DNA of 64,000 nucleotides from Amoebophrya sp. A120. Its lineage: Eukaryota > Protista > Dinoflagellata. This document shows positions 50,482 through 62,061 of the stretch, piece by piece; the stretch's first letter is position 1, and each line of letters starts with the position of its first letter. Under the pieces are notes generated by a model, which searched no databases, was not told the origin of the DNA, and saw only the letters and a program-made list of their open reading frames with translations. A program made the position numbers and the translations under genes. Location of the stretch: positions 3,528,768-3,592,767 of the forward strand of contig CAJINV010000009.1 in the NCBI GenBank assembly GCA_905178155.1. The letters run 5' to 3'.

Positions 50482-51700
50482 CAGCTTCTAGAAGTTTCAA
50501 TACCAATCAATTCACAATGACAGCGACAACTGTCTATTAACACAAAGTCCATTTACCGAGAAAATCGAGAAGAAAGTCGAAAATCAAATTGTCAATTGTC
50601 AAACGAGGAAAGCACCACGTCGAGCTGGGATCTGATTCTGATGGAATAAATCACCACGGCGCCTCCAGGTGGTCATGATCCGCAGAGCAGAAGATTCGGT
50701 CACGATAAGTTGTTATCGTGTACCATAGCAGGTATTACCAGGACCAGCAGCGCTGCATATTCGTTGAGAATAAAGCTGAATTTGTCATGAATAAATCGGA
50801 ATGATGCATCATGCTTATCATGAGCCTGTAGCAGTAGCTGAAATTTGAATGTGCTGTAAACTCCAAAATGCACCTATTTTTTTTGTATGAAGATGGACCA
50901 CGACGCAAATGAACACAAAAGAAAAAAAAGCGCACGAAAATAACGCGGAACGTCAAACCAAAGCCAAGTCACAGCTCAATGCGATTTGGTCAGCAGAGAC
51001 TGACGAGGATGCACTTTCAAGACTTCTCCCACTGTGTGTACCGCTCTACTACTACTGTGTCTTCAAAAACAAAGAGTCTGTGGCTGTCAGGACTTGAGGC
51101 TGAGTATGGTTTTACAAAAGTCGGTCTTCTTGTGAGCAGCTTTGTAAAAGTACCGGAAAGAACACGTCAAGTCTGTTTGCGAATGAATTCCTCGTCGGAG
51201 TAAAACAAAGAACAACGGTTACTGACGCTCAACACACAAATCTTTCGGTACTGACAAACAACGAAAGCGCAAAACGCTTCTGTCTAGTGTGCTGCTGTTG
51301 TATCTGTGGTGTGGTGAAGTTGCTTTTTTAACGCTACTCGTAGACGCCCGTTATGAACTGGACAGTATATCAAACACACACTTCGCTTGCAGGACCATAT
51401 TATTCAAGAGAGTAGTACTTCTAGATCCAGACCACCAGCACCACACTATCAAGTATATTTGAGTTGTGTGCAGTAGATGTTAATTTTGATTGATGTGACT
51501 TGGCTGTCCATCGGAGCCGCAGCCGCTAGAGTTACGAAGCGGCTTTCTCATCTGGCGCAACTGCCGTAGAGTAACGGGTAACACTAACATGGTTCTTCAT
51601 CCCCGTCATCACTTTTCTTGTCCCGGCGACACGACCCACCACCACGGCCTGCAAGGCGGTCTGAAATGAAGTAGAAAACGACTCCCAGCACATCACTAAA

Positions 51701-54700
51701 ATGAAGTTTGGCGCGCTTCTCCTCCGCTCCCGGGTCCCGGAGTGGACCGACCACTACCTCGATTACAATGCGGGGAAGAACAAATTGAAGCAATGCCTCA
51801 AACTGTTCTTCGCCGAGATAGAGAAACTTCGCCTAGAACAGGAGGAATTACAGAAGGAGCTGCAACCGAGAGGACCCTCCAGCGGGACAACGTCGCAAGT
51901 TTCCATGATTGGAGGCGAAAGTACAACTACTGTCGGGAAAAAGCCTAGTTCTCCAATTGCCATGGCCGCTGCGTCCGCGAGTATGCTGAACAGCTTGAAG
52001 GACAAAGAGTCCACTTCACAGCATGGCGATCAAGAGAAGAAAAAAGTCACCAACACGGCCATTCCCCTCCACAGCGACACCTCCGACTCCGATGACGACA
52101 CCTACACCAGTGGGAAAAAACAGAAAAAACGGCAAAACACCTCATATCAAAAGGAAAAATTCCCCCACCCCATACTCAGGGATAGATTTGTATAGCATGA
52201 TTTGCGATCACAAATCGCGTTGTCATGCTAGAAGGGAAGAGATGCAGACTTTAGTGCTGGCTGGCGTGGGAAAGCTTTGCGTCTTCAGCATGACAGGAAG
52301 CAACTGGAAACGGGAAACAGCATGACAAATTTCCTGCAAAAGAAGGAGCAGTTGCATCTTTTGGCCTTCTAGCAATACAAGTTGATTTGTGGTCACAAAT
52401 CAGCATCACAAATTTCCTTTTTGATATGGGGAGGGGGGATTTTTCGTTTTGATACCTCCACAGCCTCCGCTTCCGCTACGCTGCGGCGGGCGTTTTCGAT
52501 TTTGAGCGGCGGTTTCGGGGGTGGGAAGGATATCCTGAGCAAAAGTATCGTACTCGTACAAATGCTAGTCCTGCATTACAAATTTTTTTCTCAAGGTAAA
52601 TCAGCATTACAAATTCCATTTCTCATGCTGAGAAAATTTGTAATGCATTTATACGAGTACGATACTTTTGCAGTTCATAAAGGATGTGGATCAGCAAAAC
52701 CAAACTGGCGCAGGTGGTCCGCATGCGTCGGGTAGTGGTGAAGATTTAGACATTGAGAACAACAACGGTAAGATTTTTCCCAAAGCGGCAAAAACAAAGC
52801 GGGAGGAGATCGAAAGGTTGGTGGAGGAGGACGCGGATAACTTAGAATTGCTTTACGAGTGTTTGGAAGATTTCTACGGCTATCTCGGGGAAGAGATGCA
52901 GAAGGTCGATAAGCATTACATCCGGACCATGTCGGCGTTAGCGAATCGATTGGAGGAAATCAGGAACACTTTCGCGGCCACGAGCTCAGGCGCAGGGAAT
53001 CAACAAGGGGATAGCACCCCCGGAACAACCACTTCCGCTGGTGCAGCATCAGGCGTTGCGAAAGTGGACTCTTCGGGGAACATAAAACGGGCAATGTCGA
53101 ACGAGTCGCAGAGTTCGGACGTCGGGTTGGATCTGCAGGGGTATGTCAAGCTGATGGACGCAGAAGACGGGGCTAATACTAGCACGGGAGGTCTAGTACA
53201 TCATCATCAACAGCTCGAGCTTCCGGAAAAACTGGAAGTCTTAAACGAGGATCAGCTCCTAGAAGACGAATCTCCCGACATGTTGAAGTCCAGTCTTCGG
53301 ATGTGGACCACGACGACTACACGACAGCCCACAGGAGCATCGAGCACCACCCCGCGATCTGCGAGCGGAGCTAGTGCAACAAGCGCAAGTCGTGTTGGAA
53401 CATCATCAATCACCCTCGGAACCAACACCCGGAAGTTTAAGGAAACGCTCCGCGCCACCATCGTGCCGGAGGGCACCGGGAGTCGATCCGGGCTGCTGAC
53501 GAAGTTGATGACGAGTGGAGTCGGCGTAGCTGGAACAACTACGTCCTCCCGGGAGATCGTAGATTCGGGGGAAGAGGAGCAAGATGGCGAGCGGGATACG
53601 GAGAGACGGAGCGGTTCCGTGGTGGAGAAGAACACAACTAGTGGTGCTCCTGCTGAGGAGACCACAGTTGTCGAAATGAGCAACACGGGAGTAGAAGTAC
53701 TAGATCAGCCACGACTTTCCACCCAAGTCAGCCTGGCGAGCACACCATCAAATACAGCGAAAAATAACGAACAGCAGCAGCCCCATAATTCCGCATCCGC
53801 AAGTACAAAAAAAGACCACAAAGGAGCCGCAGAGAAGGAAAAGCAGAGGCAACAGCAGCAGCAGCAGAGACAAGTTTCCCGCCAGCAGGTCGATCTGATT
53901 CTCTTCCGGATCGTGAAGGACATTAAGAAACTCGAAGATTTCTGCCGGCTAAACTATTCCGGGTACAGGAAATTGATGAAGAAACACGACAAGAAAACCT
54001 CCCTAAACACTCTCGCCACAGTGCTTCCCTTTCTCGCAGAGAACTACATCTTCCCGAACTACCAATCGAGGTTACAGTTACTCCAGGAAGAAGTGGTTCT
54101 CCTCGCCGAGCAGTTCGGGTCTGTTTCCGTTGACGATTACTGGAAATTTGACACGAGTTTTTCCGGTGGGATGGGGATAAATTACGGCAGCACCAATACA
54201 TTCCGGTTCGGCACCGGCTACCTCCTCGCTTTCTTCCTGGGTGTGGTGTTCATGGCGTTGCTGGATCTGGGTGTTTTGGTCGATCTACCGGCGACGTATC
54301 CACAGTAAATTCCCCGTACACGTACAGATGCGGTTTCTGCATGACAAAACTTGGCTTCGATCCTAGTTTAGCATGACAAGTTTTACGTTTCATATTGGTG
54401 AAATTTGTGATGCATGTGGTACATGTACGGGAAATTTGTATCGCATACTACGAATCCGAACTTCAACGTGGACCACTTTTTCGACGTGTTCCCGCTGTTC
54501 CGGTTCTGCTTCATGTTCATTCTACTCCTGTGGCTGCTCGGGTGGGTTTTATCTCTGTACGAGGAATACGCGATCAACTACATTTTCCTCCTCGATATCG
54601 ACCCCAAGTGCCAGATCCGGGCGACGGATTTCTTCGGGTACGCGGCAATCCAGACGATTTTGTGGGTGGCGTTTTTCGGCGGGTATGTTTTTTTCTGTAA

Positions 54701-57231
54701 GTTCAGCATGTACGGAGCCGGGGCGGATAGGAGCGAGAAAGTGGTGGATCCGCAGTTTTTCCCGATTTGCTTGATGATCTCGCAGATTCTGTTCCTGTTT
54801 TTACCGTCCGATTCCTTCCGCCGGAAGTACCGGTGGCAGATTTTGGAGCTCATCCGGGACGTGATGTGTGCCCCGTTTGTGTTGGTGACGTTTGGGGCGA
54901 ACATTGTCGGGGACATTTTAACCAGCTTCGTGAAACCGTTGTCCGATTTGGAATACACGTATTGCTACTTACTGTACATTGTCTCATTCGACACCGGGGA
55001 GGTGGAAGATTTTGGGGAGGCGAAACTGGAAAGCAGTTCTAGTACAACTCGAGCATCGCAACTCGCTGACACAACTTCTGCGCACGTACGGATAAAACAC
55101 GACGTGGAATTGGACCAGGTGGCGCTACACCAAGAACACTGTAAGGAGATTTCTGGACTACTCTTGCCCTTCGTTCTCGCTCTTCCCTACTACTTCCGGT
55201 TGATGCAGTGCGTCGCGCGATTCCGGGCGACACGGGATGCGGAGTGGGAGAAGTTACTCGCGATTCAGGCAGTCGCGGATGCGGAACAAGAAAACGCGGA
55301 ACTTGCAAGGAAGGAGGCGGAAGCAGCTGCTGGTGGAAATGACGATGTTGAAAATGCGGACAAAACAACCCCTCTCGTCCACAGCCCCTCGAGGCGTCTC
55401 TCCACGAGTTCGGTCTCGAGTTCCGGTGATTTGAAGCGGTCTGCCTTCGCGAAACGGGGGAAATCTGGGTCGACGCAGACAGCCTCGGCTGCGCACCACG
55501 GTACTAGTACCTCTGCTCACAACCGGCAAACAATAACCGGGTCTTCGGTCGACTTGGCGATCACAACGTCCATCCTAGATCGACCATCCACCACTCCGGG
55601 CGTCGGGCCAAACGTTGCGGATGAGGAGTTACCAGCGACGATAGCGCACGAACAGCACGAACATGGAAGTGGGAAGCAAGTTCAATCATCGAAAACCGCG
55701 CCGACTCTCCCCCCCTTCTACAAATCGCCCCATTTTTGGAACGCGGGAAAATATTGCACCGGGATTCTCGTCGTGTTTCAGCAGTACCTTACCGATGATT
55801 GGCGTGTGTGGTTGGTGATCAGCGCGGTTTCCACTTGTATCAACTGTAAAAATGTCTGGGTCTGGAAGAATGCATGTTTGTCATGCTTGTCTGGCATGGC
55901 TCTTAAATCTGTCGTGCACGTGACCCAAGAGCGCCACTGTTCTGTGATGCAGAAACGCAGTTTGTCATGCAGAATAGGCAACACCTAGAAGCTCAGAAAC
56001 TTGTCATGCTGAGCCAGCATTTGTGGCCTCATCATGAGACGCCATCCAGCATCACAAGTTTCCAGACCCAGATATTTTTACATTTGATAACTTGCTACAT
56101 GCTCACGTGGGACATGTACATGGACTGGAATTTGGTTTGGAATCCGATTTATGCAATGCAAAAGCATCGTACTAGTAGTAATCGCATTACAAATTTGCTC
56201 AGCATGAAAAATGGAATTGCTCATGCTGAAGATTTACCTTGAAAAAGAAACTTGTCATGCATAAATGCAGTTACTGTTACTACGAGTGCGATACTTTTGC
56301 ACAGCATACGACTCCCTATCTACGCTATCAGTTCTTCAAATTTTTGCACAAAAACTACCAATTATTGAAACCGATTTTGAAGTTTCTGGGGTTGCAGAGC
56401 TTGGTTGCAGGCGGGGGAAATAACAATAAAGCGGGTAATATTGCTGGTGGACTACAGGATTCGTCCACACAAGACAGAAACAGTTCACGCGAAAATATTA
56501 ACTCCATGACGATGAGCAACCGCGCCACCATCGGGATCCACCACGCTTTAGAGTATGAATTGCAAAAGTATCGTACTCGTATAAATGCATTACAAATTTC
56601 CGCCTCAGTGTGAGAGATAAAATTTGTAATGCTGATTCGCCTTAAGAGAAAGATTTGTAATGCATGATTGCAAGAATACGAGTACGATACTTTTGCACAG
56701 GATATAGAGCACGCGAACACGACGTTGCACGAACCGTTACTCGGCGCAAACACCAAGCATCACAAACAGTTCAATAAGGACAAGGTGCTGATTCACGAAC
56801 GAGCAAGTGAAATTCACGAGAAGCACCGGTTTGAGCACGTGGCGCCGGACAGGACGAAATTGTACCCGGAGCACTATTATCTCTGGATCCCGGTGCTGAA
56901 CTTTTTCCTGCGGTTCACGTGGATTTTAACCATCGTCCCCACCCCGGCGTATTTATTGCAGGCGTACTTCTTCGCGGACAGCAGTGGTGGTGCGAGCAAT
57001 ACAGATTCGACGAGCCAGCCGGTCGTCGCTTCATTATCCGTTTCAGAAAACTTGATCATCTTCCTCGCAGCCGCCGGAGAAATCTACCGCCGCGCCCAGT
57101 GGGCGTTACTGAGGCTGGAGAACGAGCACTTGACAAACGCGAGTCACTACCGTGCTTTTTGTTGGGTGCCCCCAGTACACGCGACGCCGAGCGGCGGGAA
57201 GCTGTTTAACAGTGGGAATGTGAAAATTTGA
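51701..57231 (+). CDS. SPX-EXS phosphate exporter, XPR1/SYG1/PHO1 family (6 introners)
   Basis: SPX motifs MKFG...VPEW...YLDY...K and LNYSGYRKLMKKHDK; EXS motifs INYIFLL, GDILTS, NAGKY, WDMYMDWNL, EIYRRAQWALLRLENEH. Confidence 0.93.
52145..52454. mobile_element. Introner family E (reverse of 17942-18263)
   Basis: Family E TIRs; TSD CCTCA/CCTCC. Confidence 0.9.
52531..52679. mobile_element. Introner family B
   Basis: Family B TIRs; TSD AAGGA. Confidence 0.93.
54297..54447. mobile_element. Introner family G
   Basis: Family G TIRs; TSD CGACG/CTACG. Confidence 0.9.
55838..56089. mobile_element. Introner family A
   Basis: Family A TIRs; TSD ACTTG. Confidence 0.93.
56150..56308. mobile_element. 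Introner family B
   Basis: Family B TIRs; TSD CGATT/CGACT. Confidence 0.9.
56554..56704. mobile_element. Introner family B
   Basis: Family B TIRs; TSD TAGAG. Confidence 0.93.
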
Positions 57232-58046
57232 GCAATGAAGTAGAGTGTTCGACGGGGACGGAATAACATGTTTTGAAAACAGTATCACGAAGATCATTTG
57301 GGTTTAGATTTACAACTTCTTCAAGCAGTTGGTGATGTGTGTACAGTTTCTTTGCAGCACGAGTTTCGATGTCGACCATAATAAATAGCCTTGATTTATT
57401 TCGGGCCCTTCTTGTACGTATCTATACGGGTTTGATTCCGGACAAGAACGAACAAGACATATTTTGCACAGCGCAACCAGAATTTCACGCAGAAATAACG
57501 TGCTCCTCAGAACTATTCATAACGATAACCAACTGCAGGAGTATACGAAGCAGATGGAAAGCTGACCCTGTAGTACTAGCAGCTTTTTGCAGCTGTGCAA
57601 ACAAGATTCTCTCGTGTTCGAGTTGGAGCGCCTGCTCGGCGCTCCAAGTTATCATACCTGCGAGCAGTGAACTCCATGTGGATGCCCCCGCAGTGAAGAA
57701 TTGCAAAAAAGACTTCTTTGTTGCTACGCTGATCATTGATTTCAAATCATGAAGTTGAAGATCCGCATCATCTACTTCTTCGATTGAGTAGGTTAAAGAT
57801 TTGGAACATCAGCGAAGTACTTGTCAGCAAACTTTTAATAACAGATATAATGAGGACCACGATGAAAACCCGACAAGGAAGATGAGGCTTCAGATTTAAC
57901 TACATTTGAGGGGCGACAACAAGACCACTAGAGACCGCACCGAGACGATTTGTAATTGACACAACTTTTGTAATTCGTAATCGTAGTGTTTTTTTCCAAG
58001 CAAACAAGAAAAGGAGAAGAGCATTTCTCTGCTGCTTTTCAGAAAG

Positions 58047-61000
58047 ATGGCCAAGAACTACGGCACAAAACCACTGCAATCCGCCTCCGCGGCCAGGCCA
58101 GAAAGGATGTTGCGCAGTGTCGCGTCCTCTGAAACCCCCGAGGGCGCTGGCGTGACGTCGGACCAGATTCATTTTCCCGTACTGCAACCTAGTTGCGGGT
58201 CTGCAGCTCCTGCACCAGAGAGTGACGATAGGCTCGGACGTGCGTGTGGCGAAGCTACACGTCGAGAAATCCAGCAAACACGCAGCCCCTCAACTACAGT
58301 TCAACGATTCATGCCACTGAACACACAAGGTTTACAACTTGAGCGTTCAAGAACTTCCTTCCGGCATCCCAGGACGACGAATTCGTCATCGTCAACATCC
58401 GGTTCCAGAAGTACAGAGTCAGGTAGGAAGAACAGCATCAGCTTCATCGCGGATCATTCTGTAGGTAGTCCGGGCGACGTTTTGGTTTTATCGCCAAAGT
58501 TGGAGCAGATAAAAAGAAGACGAATAAAGCATGTCCTCACGCAACAAGCACCACGACCGTTTCCCGCGCAGCGACAGAGAGCCGCTTCACGGAGAGCAGA
58601 GCAGGGTCGTGTATTTACCGGAGCGGGGATGAAGGTTTTTGCAGCCGGAGGGCATCAAGTTCAAGAAGTTTCTACTAGACGAAGATCCAGTGCAAAAAAT
58701 CATGACGCCACTGCAACAGGAGCACCACAAGAAGGTCGTGGGTACCTCCCTCTTTCAAATTCCGGTACTATTCCCGCGGCTAGCACTAGCACTTCTTCCC
58801 CGTCTTCTAGCTCATCTTCATCAACGATAACATACAGCAAGAAAAAAACCTCCTCCGCCCGAATTCTCTGCAAACTGAAGACATTTTTCAGATTGTTCCT
58901 CTCCCTCGCTGGAACCGCTATGACGATCCCTGGCGCCCTCGCCCAGTCTTACCCCGGCGGACTAGCGCACACGTCTGCCCCCCATCTAGAACACGGGTGG
59001 ACCGACAACAGTTATGCGAAGATCATCGCGAACTCCGAAAAAATCTTGAAGTCCAACGTGTACATCCACAGGCTGTTGGCCGAAGACCAGATCCAAGCGA
59101 ACTACGGACGGGCACATTACAACAGTATTCATTGGAAATTCAAATTTTTGCTGTCTGATTGTCTGATCGACGTATTACCTGATTGTCATGCAGGAGCATA
59201 TCTATGACCTTCACCCTCGCAAGTGGACACCTTTTGCTTACTGGAAACAAAACAAAATATAACAGAGAAGTACCCCTTCACATTAGCCTGGCACCTCCAG
59301 CGACAGTCGGGGCGGTGGGTCTGTTCATTGCCGGAAAAGGCAAATGATGAGTCGTTGAAATCGGAAGAAACGCTGTTATCCGTTTTGAACACGTTGTTTA
59401 GCCGGTTTATGCACGACAAACTCCTGGAGTATCACGATCTGGAGCCCGCGAAATACGTTTCATCGAGGGTATAAATAGAAGATGCTGCTACTTTTTTTAC
59501 AAACAAGATAAAATCGCCGAGGACCACTTTGTCATGCGTTTTTGCCCGCAGGGCACCCGGCTCGTCTTGCTGGAGGACTTCAATGAAGATGCGCATCATG
59601 CTGAAAAAAACCTCTATCAGGTTGAAATCGACCTAGCAACGAAGATCCCGCACATGGACCTTGCGGATAGCCAACTGCTGCGATGGATGGTCAACTTGGT
59701 AGTGGATCTGCACTACCCGTTTAACCTGGGCTTCCCCGACGCACCCGAGGACACGCTGGATACAATGTATAATTTCATTGCAAGAGCTTCATGTTGCATA
59801 GAAAACTTCTATGCATGACAAACTAGCTCTCTGACGGATCTTTGTGCAATACAAATTTCTTTTCTCAGGTACAACCTCGACCAGCAGCCGCTCGCGAAGC
59901 TCTGGACCTCGATGCAGGACAAAATCATCCTTGCCATCGATTCCAACGCCGACCTCGACGAAACGAAAAACATCGACATCTCCGACCAGCACCCGTTTGA
60001 GCTCTTCTTCCAGTGGGCGAGCGAGACCACGAAGATCGTATCCAAGAAAAAAAGCGCGTAAGTGTAACTTTGTAGGACGCATAGCATGACAGATTCGCTT
60101 TGCGTATACATAAAAAACCTGTTATGCGCAGCTAGTTGCTAGTAAGTGAAAACTAACACATATGAAGCGAGCTTATGACGCACACCCAGCATGACAAGCG
60201 TAGCTGTCTTGCGGTCTCTGCATGACAGACTTACACATCATACGCACTTTTTTTGTCGCATAGATCGCGTGCGACATCTACCGGGATGTATCTTCCAATT
60301 CGGACGAATTTCCCAAGCAGTACATGGTCTCCGCGCAAGTTTTATGCACTGCAAACGTATCGTATTCGTAGTAATCGCAGTCATGCATTACAAATCTAGT
60401 AATCAAGGTCATTCCGCATTACAAATTACCTTTGTAATGCTGAGCCAATTTGTAATGCCATTTTATACTAGTACCTACGATAGTTTTGCAGTTCACAAGT
60501 TTACGCAAAGTGGGAGAAAATCTTGCAGAAAAGGATGGAGGAGGCGGCGAAACACGTCGTGATTTTTCTCAAGTATAGCACTTATCGAGATCATGATCTA
60601 CATCTATGACTATGTTATAGGAGTTTGCGAAGTGGAAGTTGTACACACTAAATCTGTCAGCTTCTACCTTACAGATTGCAAAAATTCAATGCAAATCAAG
60701 ATCTAATAAATTGTCAATAAATTATGTAAAGGAACATCGCCCTCCACAAGGCCCACCGAAAAGCTGTGGCCCAGGGCAAAGGCCGACACCACCCACGAAA
60801 GCACTGGAAACGGGATTTTTTTCGAAACCTCTGCGTCGCGGCGGTTCTCATCCCCGCATTTCTATGAGAGTGCACAACTCCCCCTTCCCCTCATTTGTAT
60901 AGCATGAACTGCAATACAAGCATCAGCAAGTGTGCCGCTCTTGCATGACAACTTTGCACTGCATTGTAGTGCTATATGGACTACCCCCAGAACTTGTCAT

Positions 61001-61238
61001 GCAAACAGTGCCAAGAGGCAAAGGGTGGATTGGGTATTTTGTATGGCAAACGAGGGGGAGGGGGAGTTGTGCACTGTCATAGCCTCTCTGGCTGATGCAG
61101 AAATTTGAGAAGCAGCAGAACATCTTCAAGATTCTCTTCAACAATAGCAAGTACGCGGAAGGGTGGGGCAGCGCGATCGGCGGGACACACAACGTGTTCG
61201 GTGGCGCAACGTCGAGCAAGGAGCTGAGGAAACTGTAG
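58047..61238 (+). CDS. S1/P1 nuclease-like protein, probably inactive, with C-terminal TM helix (3 introners, at least 4 GT-AG introns)
   Basis: Motifs in S1/P1 order: GWTDNSY..IIA, WH, LLRWMVNLVVDLHYPFNLG, LAKLW, WASET, RMEEAAKHV. Introns at 59125-59265, 59469-59551, 59767-59868 and from 60573 (acceptor uncertain). Start uncertain. Confidence 0.6.
60039..60262. mobile_element. Introner family H
   Basis: TATCCAAGAAAAAAAGCGCGTA...TACGCACTTTTTTTGTCGCATA; TSD GATCG. Confidence 0.88.
60343..60497. mobile_element. Introner family B (right end ACA instead of ATA)
   Basis: B-like TIRs; TSD AGTTT. Confidence 0.87.
60863..61081. mobile_element. Introner family M (single copy here)
   Basis: TATGAGAGTGCACAACTCCCCCTTCCCCTC...GGGGGAGTTGTGCACTGTCATA; TSD eroded (ATTTC/GCCTC). 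Confidence 0.87.
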
Positions 61239-62061
61239 TGGGTGTGAGTTATCGACGGCTACTGAAATCAATCCAAGATTTTTTTCAACCAGAACCAAAA
61301 TCCTCAAAGCAAAACCTAAATTTCGAATAATCAATAGAAGAGAACAAGCGCAGCGCGCGCATGATAACAAACATCTCAATAAAGTTAAGTAACATATTCA
61401 CCAGCGAGTTTTTTCACATTGGTTTTTTATTCGATTTCCCGGGCAGAATAGAAATTCTGTCGAGAACTGCAGTTGAAGGAAAAGCGACAACGTCAGTGGA
61501 GACACCACGGATACCTGAAAATGAAAGCGACACTCGACGTGTACAGTGTTGGCCAACACATCGAGATGACAAGCGCGACGTGCGCCTGTGATCCTGGGTG
61601 GTCAACGAAAGTGAAGCAACTGCCTATCCTGTAGGATAGAAGTTCTTGCGTCAACAGTATCAGTTACGTTATAATTGTCTTTCTTCATCGAGCTGGCTGC
61701 AGTTTCCAACCGACGTTGGAACTTTGTGATTAGACCTTGTGAAGAAAAAGAGGGTACTAGTTGTAGGAGCAGTTATGTCTACTTCACTGTGTCGCTCGCC
61801 TACCGCCTACGCAAGGGAGCGCAGCACTAGCGACGCGCCGCGCCGCTACGCCGAGCGTAAGATAGAATAACCACGACCGGAGAGCTGCAGGTGCGCTATG
61901 TCGAGAATGAGAAGTAGTAGAGTGTGGTTTCTCTTTCTTGAGTAGACTGGTGGTTGTTCAAGAAGAAGGCTAGTACTTGTATCTACACAGCGTCGGCCTA
62001 GTTCTAGTTCATCACGTTCTTCGTACCATAATAAAGCAAAAAGCACAGCGCACCAAAAAGG

